Source of the DNA: Arcobacteraceae bacterium
Lineage (GTDB): Bacteria > Campylobacterota > Campylobacteria > Campylobacterales > Arcobacteraceae
Length of the DNA stretch: 64,000 bases
Assembly (NCBI GenBank): GCA_963662945.1
Contig: OY759974.1
Location: 1,568,001-1,632,000 of the forward strand
Reading direction: 5' to 3'
Every line of letters starts with the position of its first letter. The stretch's first letter is position 1. The notes beneath the pieces were generated by a model. The model had not been told where the DNA came from, did not search any database, and saw nothing but the letters and a program-made list of their open reading frames with translations. This document shows, piece after piece, positions 53,850-63,427 of this stretch. The position numbers and the translations under genes are program-made.

Positions 53850-55196
53850 CTATCTTTCATGTAATGATCCTTCTTTTATTTTTATTATTGGTTTTAAAAA
53901 GTAATCCATGATTGTTTTTTTGCCAGTTATAATATCTACACTGGCTACCATTCCTGGAATAATTGGAAGTTTCTCACCATTTCTTTCAAGATAATTTTTA
54001 TCTGTTTTTATGGTAACTTGGTAATAACTTTTATCATCTTTACTATCTTTATCTTTTATACTATCAGCAGATATTTCAATAATTTTCCCTTCTAATCCAC
54101 CATAAATTGAAAAATCATAAGCTGTTATTTTAACTAATGCTTTTTGTGCAGGTGAAATAAAGGCAATATCTTTTGGATCTATTTTTGCTTCTACTAATAA
54201 TATATCACTATCAGGTACGATTTCTATTAAGTCAACTCCTGATTTTACAACACCACCAATAGTATTGATATTTATTTGTTTAATAATTCCATTTACAGGA
54301 GAACGTATAATTGTTTTTTCTAATTTATCTGTTTCAGATATTAATCTTGCATCGATTTTATTTAATTCAGAGGTTACTTCTTGTAATTCTTTATAACTAT
54401 TAGATTTAAAACCTTTTACTTTTTCAAGAATTTTATTTTCAGCTTCAGAGATAGCAAGTTTTGATCTAGGAAGAGAAAGAAGTGCAGAATTTAAATCTCC
54501 ATCCAATGTGTTATATTCTTTTTGTAGATTTAAAAGTTCTATTTTTGACTTTGAACCTGATTTTACCATTCGTTCTATAGTTTGTAATTGTTGTAAAACA
54601 AGGGTTACACTTTTTTTTAGCTGTTCTATTTTCGATTCAATCTCTTTTTTTTCTTGAACTTTTTGTTCAAATTGTAATTCTAAAATTCGTAAAGAACTTT
54701 TATACTCATCTATATTGTTATTATAAATTTGGATTTCAATATTTGTATATTTTTTAAGATTTTTTACTTCTGTAGGAAAGTTAATTTCTCCTTTTGGTTT
54801 TGAGGGATTATATTGTAGTTGTGCATCTAATCTAGCTTTTTTCGCTAATAATGCAATATTTTGTTCTTTTGCTTCTTCCAAAGAAGCTTGAAATCTTGTT
54901 GTATCTATTTTCATTAAAGCTTGATCTTTAACTACATGTTCACCACTTTTTACAAGTATTTCTGACACTAAACCACCATCTAAGTTTTGAACTTTTTGAA
55001 TTTTATTTGAAGGGATAACTTTACCATCACCTCTTGCCATTTCATCAATTTGTGCTATCATAGCCCAAATAATGAGTCCAAGTACTATAGTAATTACACT
55101 TGCAAATAAAAAATCTATTTTAAATTTTGGTTTATCATATGCATGACCATATAAAGAGTTTACAAAACTTATATCATCTTCATTAATTTTAGTCAT
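53850..55196 (-). CDS. HlyD-family T1SS periplasmic adaptor (LapC-like)
   Basis: TM, G.VIPS..Q.VQ.LDGG, IRSPVNG, AYDFSIYG, PGM; start reassigned to ATG 55196. Confidence 0.93.
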   Translation of the reverse strand: MTKINEDDISFVNSLYGHAYDKPKFKIDFLFASVITIVLGLIIWAMIAQIDEMARGDGKVIPSNKIQKVQNLDGGLVSEILVKSGEHVVKDQALMKIDTTRFQASLEEAKEQNIALLAKKARLDAQLQYNPSKPKGEINFPTEVKNLKKYTNIEIQIYNNNIDEYKSSLRILELQFEQKVQEKKEIESKIEQLKKSVTLVLQQLQTIERMVKSGSKSKIELLNLQKEYNTLDGDLNSALLSLPRSKLAISEAENKILEKVKGFKSNSYKELQEVTSELNKIDARLISETDKLEKTIIRSPVNGIIKQININTIGGVVKSGVDLIEIVPDSDILLVEAKIDPKDIAFISPAQKALVKITAYDFSIYGGLEGKIIEISADSIKDKDSKDDKSYYQVTIKTDKNYLERNGEKLPIIPGMVASVDIITGKKTIMDYFLKPIIKIKEGSLHER

Positions 55197-57327
55197 TTTT
55201 TTCACCTTTTGATTGTAAAACTTTATCTTTAGGTCCATCAGCTACTATTTTTCCATGATCAAGCACAATAATTCTATCGACAAGTGGTAAAATAGACATT
55301 TTATGAGTTATGATAATAACTGTTTTATCTTGAATAAGCGCATGGATTCTTTTAATAAAATCATTTTCTGTTTGTTTATCCATAGAATTAGTAGGTTCAT
55401 CAAATATCATAATATTGGGATTTGTAATGATTGCACGAGCAAGTGTTACAGCTTGTCTTTCCCCTCCACTTAATCCTTCTCCTCTTTCTCCTACAAGTAA
55501 ATCATAACCAGCTTCATGTTTTCCTAAAAACTCATGCACACCTGCTGCAATCGAAGCTTCAAGAACTTCTTCATCCGTTGCATATTGTTCACCTATGGTA
55601 ATATTGTCTTTTATACTTCCCATAAATAAAAAAGGTTCTTGTGGTACACAGCCTATAGATTGTCTTAAATCAACAGGATCAATTTGTCTTATATCTGTTT
55701 GGTCTATAAGAATTGAACCATGAGTTGGACCATATAAATTCATTAGAAGTTTTGCTAAAGTTGATTTCCCAGACCCAATTCTCCCTAAAATAGCTACTTT
55801 TTCACCTTTTTTAATTGTTAGATTAATATTTTTTAAAGTCTCAAAATTTTGTCCTTTATATGCAAAAGTTACATCTTTAAATTCAATACTACCATTAAGA
55901 TTTGGACGGCTAATATAATTTTTATTATTATGTTCAACTTCCATCTTCATAAGCTCTTCAATGTTATTCATAGAAATAATAGTTTGATCATAACGTATAA
56001 TCATACCTACTATCTGTGAAATAGGAGCAACTACACGACCATTTAACATCATAGCTGCAATAATACCACCCATACTCATATCGCCTTCAAGTGATAAATA
56101 AACACCAGCAACAATAATAGCTATGTTTGATAGTTTTGAAATAAGTCCAGTTGTAAGTGTTGTAAATTGCGAAAGCATTTGTGATTTTTCACCATAATAA
56201 AGTGTTTGATTTAAAGATGCATCCCAATGGGTTTTCATTCTATTTTGAGCTCGAATACTTTTTATAATTTCTAAACCAGCAACGGTTTCATTTAAAGTAG
56301 TTTGTTTTAATTGCTCCTCTTTTGACGATTTTTCTACAACAGCTTTAATTCTATCTTTCATAATCCAAGAGAATGATAAAACTATTACAATTGTAGCAAC
56401 ACTAATCCAACCTAATAATCCTGCAAAGTAAAATATTACACCTATAAATAATAGCGTAAAAGGGATATCAACTAAAGTTGCAATTGTAGCACTTGTAAAA
56501 AAATCTCTAACACTTTGAAAAGATTGTAGTCTACTTACAAATTGTCCTGTAGAATTTGGTTTTTCACTAAGACGTATGTTTAACAACTGATCAAATATTT
56601 TATTACTCATAATTAAATCAGCTTTTTTACCAGCTTTTCCAAGATAGTAAGCTCTTAAAAGTGAAAAAATAAGATCAAAAATCATAATAAAAACTATTCC
56701 AAAAGTCATTGCTAGTAAAGTTTCTAAAGCATTATTTGGTAAAACTCGATCAAAAACATTTTTCATAAAAAGTGGCATTGCTAAAACAAAAAGATTTATA
56801 AATATAGCAGCAACAATCACTTTTTTATAAATTGGTAAATTTGATTTTAAAGCACCCCAAAACCAGTCTTTTGGTTTTGGAATTACAATTTCATTTGATA
56901 CTTTATTATCAAATTTATAAGTTGGTTTTATTATAATTACTTGTTGTTTGAACTCTTCTTCCAAGGACTCAAGTGACATTGTTGTTGCACCTTCACTAAG
57001 ACCTGGGATAATTACTGTTGCTTCATTTTTATTAAAGTCTATATTCAGTAATACACATGCTCGTTCTTTTTCAAGTATTAATACAGCAGGAAGCGCTAGT
57101 TTTGATATACCTCTAAGCTCTCTTTCAACAATTTTTGAAATAAGTCCTATTCTTTTTGATGAAATTAAAAAATCTTTAATAGACATTGATTTATTGTGGA
57201 TAGGCAGTCCTGCTACTAATGATTCTTTTGAAGTATTTCTTTGGTAATAAGTTGCGATAAAAGAAAGACACTCTAGTAGAGAATCTACTGTTCTTCTCTC
57301 TTTCATTACATCATTTTTAATACTCAT
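55189..57327 (-). CDS. T1SS ABC transporter with C39-like domain (LapB-like)
   Basis: ESLVAGLP N-terminal domain, FDRVLPN, GRIGSGKST, LSGGERQ, DEPT. Confidence 0.94.
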   Translation of the reverse strand: MSIKNDVMKERRTVDSLLECLSFIATYYQRNTSKESLVAGLPIHNKSMSIKDFLISSKRIGLISKIVERELRGISKLALPAVLILEKERACVLLNIDFNKNEATVIIPGLSEGATTMSLESLEEEFKQQVIIIKPTYKFDNKVSNEIVIPKPKDWFWGALKSNLPIYKKVIVAAIFINLFVLAMPLFMKNVFDRVLPNNALETLLAMTFGIVFIMIFDLIFSLLRAYYLGKAGKKADLIMSNKIFDQLLNIRLSEKPNSTGQFVSRLQSFQSVRDFFTSATIATLVDIPFTLLFIGVIFYFAGLLGWISVATIVIVLSFSWIMKDRIKAVVEKSSKEEQLKQTTLNETVAGLEIIKSIRAQNRMKTHWDASLNQTLYYGEKSQMLSQFTTLTTGLISKLSNIAIIVAGVYLSLEGDMSMGGIIAAMMLNGRVVAPISQIVGMIIRYDQTIISMNNIEELMKMEVEHNNKNYISRPNLNGSIEFKDVTFAYKGQNFETLKNINLTIKKGEKVAILGRIGSGKSTLAKLLMNLYGPTHGSILIDQTDIRQIDPVDLRQSIGCVPQEPFLFMGSIKDNITIGEQYATDEEVLEASIAAGVHEFLGKHEAGYDLLVGERGEGLSGGERQAVTLARAIITNPNIMIFDEPTNSMDKQTENDFIKRIHALIQDKTVIIITHKMSILPLVDRIIVLDHGKIVADGPKDKVLQSKGEKND

Positions 57328-57353
57328 ATCTTATCCAATTTATATATTTTTTT

Positions 57354-58916
57354 TTAATTTTCTTTATTGATATTTTTCATATCAATCTCATTAAGCTCTA
57401 GCGAAGAGTCTTTTATTTTTTCATCATTATACAAACTATCGAGTCTCGTATTTACGTCTATACTTTCAGTTTCATTAGAAGTTTCTTGATTTTGAGAATC
57501 TTCTTTTTTATCTGTCTTTTCATCAAACATATTAAGTAAATCTTCACTTAAAGCATCATTTGTAGATTCTATTTTTGGATTACTATCTCTTGCTACAAAT
57601 GTATATTTACTACAGCTTTGTTTTTCTTGCATTAATATAACATCACTTAACATTGACATATTAAATAATAAATTATAATATGCAGATATATAGTCAAATT
57701 CTTGTTGAATTTTATCTATATTTGATCTATAAAATTCAGATTCTGCATTTAAAATATCAATAAAAGTTCGAGTTCCATCTGCAAGTTGTTTTTTGTACAC
57801 TGTAAGTATATTAAAATTATCCTCAACATACATACTTATATTTTTAATTCTTTTTTGAAGATTATAAAATGTATTATATGCTTCTTTAATTTCATCTATA
57901 ACTTCATTGGTAATATTGTCAAGCTTTTTTTGTTCTTCTTGTAAGAATAGTTTTTCTTTTTGTGTTGCATAGTATGTCTTTCCACCATTAAAAAGATTCC
58001 AACTTAAATAAAGTCTTGCACTATGGATATCTTGTCTTCCGTTTTCCTCTAATTCTAAATCGTTATCAAATAAACTTTGAAATTGTAGTTTTAATGTAGG
58101 TTTATATCCTGCTTTTTCTTGAACAATTTTTTCTCTTTGTTCATTAGTTTTTTCAATTTGTTCTTGAACTTTATAACTTCTTCTGAGTCCAACTTTAATC
58201 GCTTCTTCTAAACTTGGTGGTAAAAAACTTTCATTTACATTTGGTCTACAAATATCTCCTTCCAAATCTTTGCCTGTAAGCTTTTTATATAAACTTAAAG
58301 CTTTCTTTTGCTCATTTTCTTGTTCTAAGAATCTATCTAAAACTGAATGGTATTTAGAGTTGACTTGGTGTGTTTCTAAGACTTCACCACTTATTTGCTC
58401 TTTTTCTTTTGCAATTGTTAAATAGTTTTCATGAATTTTTATATTATGCTGCGAGAGTGCTACTAATTCTTGTCTACTTGCTAAGTCAAGATATGCATTT
58501 ACAGTATCTAAAATAGTATTTTCTACAGTATATAAGCTTCTATATTTATTTGAATTATATTTATGTCGAAACTCTTGGGCTTCACTAGGGGTTCTTCCTC
58601 CATCATATAAAATATGCTCTAATTTGATGACAGCATTCCATCCATTTTTTTTAATCCAACCTTCTGCTGGTGGAGGAGTGTCTGGTCTATTTTCAGTTTT
58701 AGATTTTTCTAAATAAGCATCTAGATTTAGTGTAGGAAGATAATCAGCTTCTTCTTGATAAATATACATCTCATAAGCATTTCTATTTAAATGTTCTGCA
58801 ATAATTGAAGGATTATTATTTAGGGTGTCTTCGATACTATTTCGTAAGCTTGTTGCATTCATATTAAGAGAACAAACAATTCCAAACATGATATAATATT
58901 TTAATTTTTTCAACAT
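57354..58916 (-). CDS. TolC-family outer membrane protein (LapE-like)
   Basis: Signal peptide after AAGG SD (ATG 58916), YLPTL, LYDGG, WNLFNGG, G.RT..D.LNAE. Confidence 0.92.
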   Translation of the reverse strand: MLKKLKYYIMFGIVCSLNMNATSLRNSIEDTLNNNPSIIAEHLNRNAYEMYIYQEEADYLPTLNLDAYLEKSKTENRPDTPPPAEGWIKKNGWNAVIKLEHILYDGGRTPSEAQEFRHKYNSNKYRSLYTVENTILDTVNAYLDLASRQELVALSQHNIKIHENYLTIAKEKEQISGEVLETHQVNSKYHSVLDRFLEQENEQKKALSLYKKLTGKDLEGDICRPNVNESFLPPSLEEAIKVGLRRSYKVQEQIEKTNEQREKIVQEKAGYKPTLKLQFQSLFDNDLELEENGRQDIHSARLYLSWNLFNGGKTYYATQKEKLFLQEEQKKLDNITNEVIDEIKEAYNTFYNLQKRIKNISMYVEDNFNILTVYKKQLADGTRTFIDILNAESEFYRSNIDKIQQEFDYISAYYNLLFNMSMLSDVILMQEKQSCSKYTFVARDSNPKIESTNDALSEDLLNMFDEKTDKKEDSQNQETSNETESIDVNTRLDSLYNDEKIKDSSLELNEIDMKNINKEN

Positions 58917-59038
58917 GATTACCTTTATAAAAATATTTTCATACATTATATTCTAAAAAAGTTGCTAAAAGGTTCTAGTTTATAATTTTTTTTATGATTT
59001 ATTGATTTAATAAGTTATTTTTGGTTAAAATCATTTTT

Positions 59039-59719
59039 ATGATTAAAATAATTAAGAATCTTACTATCCTTTATGTGGAAGATGATAGTGTAACTAGGGA
59101 GTTTATTACCAAGTCATTACATCTTATGTGTGATAATGTCATTGCTACGGATACTATAGAAAAAGCAAAAATTATTTATAATAATCATGATATAAATATT
59201 TTAATTAGTGATATCAGTATTGGGAAGCATAGTGGCATAGAGTTTATTAAAGAAATACGAAAAAATAATAAACAAATTCCTATTATACTTTTATCTGCCC
59301 ATTCAGACAAAAATTTTTTATTTGAAGCAATTAAGTTAAACTTGATAGATTATTTGGTGAAACCAATTAATTATGAAACTCTTAAAAATTCGTTAAAATC
59401 ATCAGTGCAATATTTGATTGATAATGGATATTTAGAAGTAGAATTTATTAATGGAATAAAATATAGTTTACAACAAAAGGTGGCTTTTAAAAATAAAGAT
59501 ATTATACAATTTACAGCTACAGAATTAAAACTCTTGACTCTTTTTTTGAATAATAAAAATAATATTTTAAGTTCTGATGAAATTATTTATCATGTATGGG
59601 AAAATGATTTTGCTACAACAGGTGCTTTAAAAAGTTTAATTAATAAAGTAAGAAAAAAAATTGGAAAAGAGAGTATTAAAAATCATTCTAAACTTGGATA
59701 TCAATTAGTATTAAAATGA
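59039..59719 (+). CDS. OmpR/PhoB-family response regulator
   Basis: ILYVEDD, ISDI, YLVKP, winged helix ending in GY; start reassigned to ATG 59039. Confidence 0.9.
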   Translation: MIKIIKNLTILYVEDDSVTREFITKSLHLMCDNVIATDTIEKAKIIYNNHDINILISDISIGKHSGIEFIKEIRKNNKQIPIILLSAHSDKNFLFEAIKLNLIDYLVKPINYETLKNSLKSSVQYLIDNGYLEVEFINGIKYSLQQKVAFKNKDIIQFTATELKLLTLFLNNKNNILSSDEIIYHVWENDFATTGALKSLINKVRKKIGKESIKNHSKLGYQLVLK

Positions 59720-59728
59720 AGCTAATAA

Positions 59729-61927
59729 TTATCTACTAGCTCCGTAAAGTCCTATATCTTTTACAATTTTAAAATCATCATCATCTTTTACATTTTCTGC
59801 AAATACTTTAATAGTAAGGAGTGTTGAAAGTTCTTGCATTGCTTCTACAAAACCTTTTTTACTAGAATCTTTACAAATACCATCAGTATAATCTCTTGCA
59901 AGTCTTATATAATCTAAATTAAAATCTTTGATAGTATCAAGTGGGATGAATTTTGTTTCAAATCTTTTAATAATAATTTTTGCACCAGCACTATGAATAG
60001 ATTCGATAAAATATTTAAATTTTTCTATATCTTTAGCCGCACCATAAGCAGTTACACTAAAAACAAGTTGCGAAGCTATGTCACTATTTTCTAATATCAG
60101 AGTTTTAAGCCAATTTTTGAATTTTATATCAAAAACTGAGTCTAAAGCTAAGTTAATTGAAATACTATGTTGTACATTTAATTCTCTAATATGTTTGATA
60201 ACTTTTTTAACTACAGCTTTATCAAAATCTAATATTTTCTCATATTTTTCCGCAATTGAAATAAATGTTCCAATTGGTATAAGTTCATTATATTTATCTT
60301 TTGCTTGAGTAAAAGCTTCTTCCATTACAATAAGGTTTTGTTCTTTCATATCTAAACAAAATGCTTGTCCAATATAACTAATATCGAATTTTTGATTATC
60401 TATGATGTCAAAAACTAAATCTCTCCATTCATTCATATCTCTTGCAAGATCATTATCATCTCGAATAAAAGCTTCATTTTGTCCAATAAGTTTTGCTTTT
60501 TCATATGCTTCATAAGCACTAGCAATAATACCAGAAGTGGTACCAATAGGATTAAATGGAGTTCCTCCTATGTGTGCTATATCATTGATTCCAAACTCTA
60601 ACGCAAATTGTGTTAACTCTTTTTTGAGTTTTTCTATGATTGTTGTACATTCTTCAAGTTGTAAGTTTTTTGCAATCATTGCAAACTCTGAACCAAAAAA
60701 TCTGTATGCAGTTACATTTGGAGATAAGTTTTTTAAGATATTTGCAAAAGAGATTAAAAATTTATCCACTTCTTTATTTGTATGATTTTTTGCATAAGAA
60801 CCTAAGTCATCAATTCTAATGACGAAAATATATCCAGTCTCTTTAGATATAAACATTTTTTTCATATCAGTTTCAAATGTTTGTTTTAAACTCAAACCTG
60901 TTAAATCATCCAAAGAGAGTTTGTTTGTCATAGATTCTAAATTTGCATTAAGTTTTTTGATAACTCCTTCAATTTTGCCAGACATATCATTCATTGCTAT
61001 TGAAACATTTTTTAATTCTGTTGTCCAAGGTAAATGTTGAATAATTGTAAATTTTCCTTTAGAAATTGATTGTGCTAAACTTTCTATATTTTTTAGAGGC
61101 TTAAGAATAAATCTTAAAAATATAATAAGAAGAATCATAGAAAGAGTAAATGCTATAATTGCATAAAGAATAGCTCCTTTGGCCTGTTCATATAGTTTTG
61201 CGTAAGCATCACCAGCATTTGCACTTACATATATAATAGCTGTAGTATTCCAACCATCACTAATTTCACTTTTCATTTCAGACATTTTAAGAGGGATTAA
61301 ATCAATAAACCATTGTGGAATATAATCAAATTTTTCAGCTCTAGAAACTTGTACAAGAATTTTTGAGATATTTAGAGTTGCGGTGGCATCTACAGTTTTA
61401 CTACCTTTTGTAGCTTGAAATTGAATTTTTATATTATTCCCATCGATAAAATTTTGATTTGGTTGAAAACTATATGTTATTTTTTTATTTTCTTTTTGCT
61501 CTATATTTTCATTTTCTAAGAGTGCTAATTGGTTTGTAATATCATCATCACTACTATTTTTTTCAATTTTACCAATAGTACTATCAACATGAACATTAGA
61601 AATTTCCCAGTTTTGATTATCTTGAAGATTACTATTTGCAATTAAATCTTTATCTGTAAAATTTTGATTTATATTTTCTAATCTAATCTCTTTATAAAAA
61701 CCTCTATTAGCAATAGCATTCACAATTGATTTTATTTCTGGATTTTGTTTATTTGACATAAATGATTTAAGGCTCATACCTAAGCTCGTAGCAGTATCTT
61801 GAGCTTTTGTTGTTGATTCTATCTCTAAATACTCTTTTGTATTGTTGACACTTATTAAAAAGTTACCTGTAAAGATTATAAAAAATATGAAAGATATTAT
61901 TATATAGAGTTGTTTAGATAGTGACAT
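59729..61927 (-). CDS. lapD: LapD-like c-di-GMP receptor (periplasmic domain, HAMP, degenerate GGDEF and EAL)
   Basis: MSL.KQL, AQDTATSLG, P.WF, GW loop, P...EL..V..AMN.M HAMP, FGSEF and EAF degenerate motifs; next to lapG. Confidence 0.88.
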   Translation of the reverse strand: MSLSKQLYIIISFIFFIIFTGNFLISVNNTKEYLEIESTTKAQDTATSLGMSLKSFMSNKQNPEIKSIVNAIANRGFYKEIRLENINQNFTDKDLIANSNLQDNQNWEISNVHVDSTIGKIEKNSSDDDITNQLALLENENIEQKENKKITYSFQPNQNFIDGNNIKIQFQATKGSKTVDATATLNISKILVQVSRAEKFDYIPQWFIDLIPLKMSEMKSEISDGWNTTAIIYVSANAGDAYAKLYEQAKGAILYAIIAFTLSMILLIIFLRFILKPLKNIESLAQSISKGKFTIIQHLPWTTELKNVSIAMNDMSGKIEGVIKKLNANLESMTNKLSLDDLTGLSLKQTFETDMKKMFISKETGYIFVIRIDDLGSYAKNHTNKEVDKFLISFANILKNLSPNVTAYRFFGSEFAMIAKNLQLEECTTIIEKLKKELTQFALEFGINDIAHIGGTPFNPIGTTSGIIASAYEAYEKAKLIGQNEAFIRDDNDLARDMNEWRDLVFDIIDNQKFDISYIGQAFCLDMKEQNLIVMEEAFTQAKDKYNELIPIGTFISIAEKYEKILDFDKAVVKKVIKHIRELNVQHSISINLALDSVFDIKFKNWLKTLILENSDIASQLVFSVTAYGAAKDIEKFKYFIESIHSAGAKIIIKRFETKFIPLDTIKDFNLDYIRLARDYTDGICKDSSKKGFVEAMQELSTLLTIKVFAENVKDDDDFKIVKDIGLYGASR

Positions 61928-61960
61928 AATATGCTCCTAGTTGTAGTGTACTTGTAATCA

Positions 61961-62608
61961 TTATATTTTCTCCATTAAAGATTTCCAGTTTTTAAGATTA
62001 TTATCTCCAGCACGTTCTTCCGTTTTTCCTTTGTTTTGTGCTTTCCATAATCCAGCAGCATTAAAACTATAAATAGGTTTTAAATCTGTTCTCGCTGTTG
62101 CTAATTTTAATTTTTTATTGATATTATCTAATACAATGGGAGGTTTTCCCTCTTTATGATAATAGTTAAGTACCATATGCGCTTCTTCAAATTTGGTATT
62201 ACTTCTTTTAAGTGTAACATAAGTGATTTTTAATTTTTCATCAGGGATACCCAATGTTCTTAGTGCAAAATATTTAGCAATAGCATAATCTTCACAATCT
62301 CCCGCACCAGTCCCTAAAAATTCAAATGGAGAAGCCCAATAGTCATTTTGTTTCCAATGCACACTGTCTCGTTTGTAAGTAATTTTATTAAAAAAATCAT
62401 TGACTATTTTGAGTTTTTCTAATGTATTTTTATCTTTTGCACTTTGGAGCATTTGATCCCATAACAAAACTCTTTGTTTTGCTTTTGAACCATATTTTTT
62501 TTCTATTTTGATTAATTGTTCTATAGATACATATACAGGCATACTAGCAAGCAATATCGTAAAAAGTATTGAGAGAGAAAAAAGAGCGCTTGCAAAAATT
62601 TTAAACAT
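61961..62608 (-). CDS. lapG: LapG-like periplasmic transglutaminase-like cysteine protease
   Basis: DYWASP.E, GDCEDYAIAK, AHMVL, LDN catalytic triad. Confidence 0.92.
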   Translation of the reverse strand: MFKIFASALFSLSILFTILLASMPVYVSIEQLIKIEKKYGSKAKQRVLLWDQMLQSAKDKNTLEKLKIVNDFFNKITYKRDSVHWKQNDYWASPFEFLGTGAGDCEDYAIAKYFALRTLGIPDEKLKITYVTLKRSNTKFEEAHMVLNYYHKEGKPPIVLDNINKKLKLATARTDLKPIYSFNAAGLWKAQNKGKTEERAGDNNLKNWKSLMEKI

Positions 62609-62720
62609 ATATACTTCCTATAAATATCTTTCCATTGTAACGAAAAACTTTTAAAAATAAGATAATATTTTTTATGATTTTAACAACCTTTTTGAAACTA
62701 TTTTATTGTACAATTATTTT

Positions 62721-63425
62721 ATGAAGAATGAAAACTCAAGTTTAAAATTATTAAAAACAAAGTCGATACTGTATATAGAAGATGAAGATAATATACGAAA
62801 AGATTTAACAAAGACATTAGAATTAATGTGTCAAGAAGTTTTTTCATTTTCAAATGCGGAAGATGCTCTTATGTTTTTCCCCCACACTAGACCAGATATA
62901 ATATTAAGTGATATTAGTTTGGCAGATATGAATGGAATTGAATTTACTAAAAAAATCAGACAGGTAGATAAAAAAATTCCTATAATTCTTTTATCTGCTC
63001 ATACAGATACTCGTTATTTATTGGAAGCAGCAAAATTAAAACTTGTGGAATATCTCACAAAACCTATCACCTACCAAGAATTAGAAAATTCACTTTTTTT
63101 AGCATTGAAAGAGATGCAATCTTATGAAAAAAGATTTGTTCATTTAAGTGATACAATTAGATATGATACATTTCATAAAATTTTATATGAAAATAAAAAT
63201 ATAAAAAAACTTTCAGCAAGTGAAACAAATCTTTTGGATTTTTTTATTAAAAATCAAAATAGGACACTATATACACAAGAGATTAAAAATTATATCTGGG
63301 AAGATTCATATGATGCTACAGATACAGCATTAAAATCTCTTATGCATAAATTACGAAATAAAATAGGGAAAGACTCTATTAAAAATGTCTCAGGAATAGG
63401 GTATTATATAATTACGTTAGATTAA
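62721..63425 (+). CDS. OmpR/PhoB-family response regulator
   Basis: ILYIEDE, LSDI, YLTKP, KNVSGIGY; start reassigned to ATG 62721. Confidence 0.9.
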   Translation: MKNENSSLKLLKTKSILYIEDEDNIRKDLTKTLELMCQEVFSFSNAEDALMFFPHTRPDIILSDISLADMNGIEFTKKIRQVDKKIPIILLSAHTDTRYLLEAAKLKLVEYLTKPITYQELENSLFLALKEMQSYEKRFVHLSDTIRYDTFHKILYENKNIKKLSASETNLLDFFIKNQNRTLYTQEIKNYIWEDSYDATDTALKSLMHKLRNKIGKDSIKNVSGIGYYIITLD

Positions 63426-63427
63426 AA

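Noticed and set aside
59729-61927. Active diguanylate cyclase/phosphodiesterase or pseudogene
   Set aside because: GGDEF (FGSEF) and EAL (EAF) are degenerate as expected for a LapD receptor, and the ORF is intact
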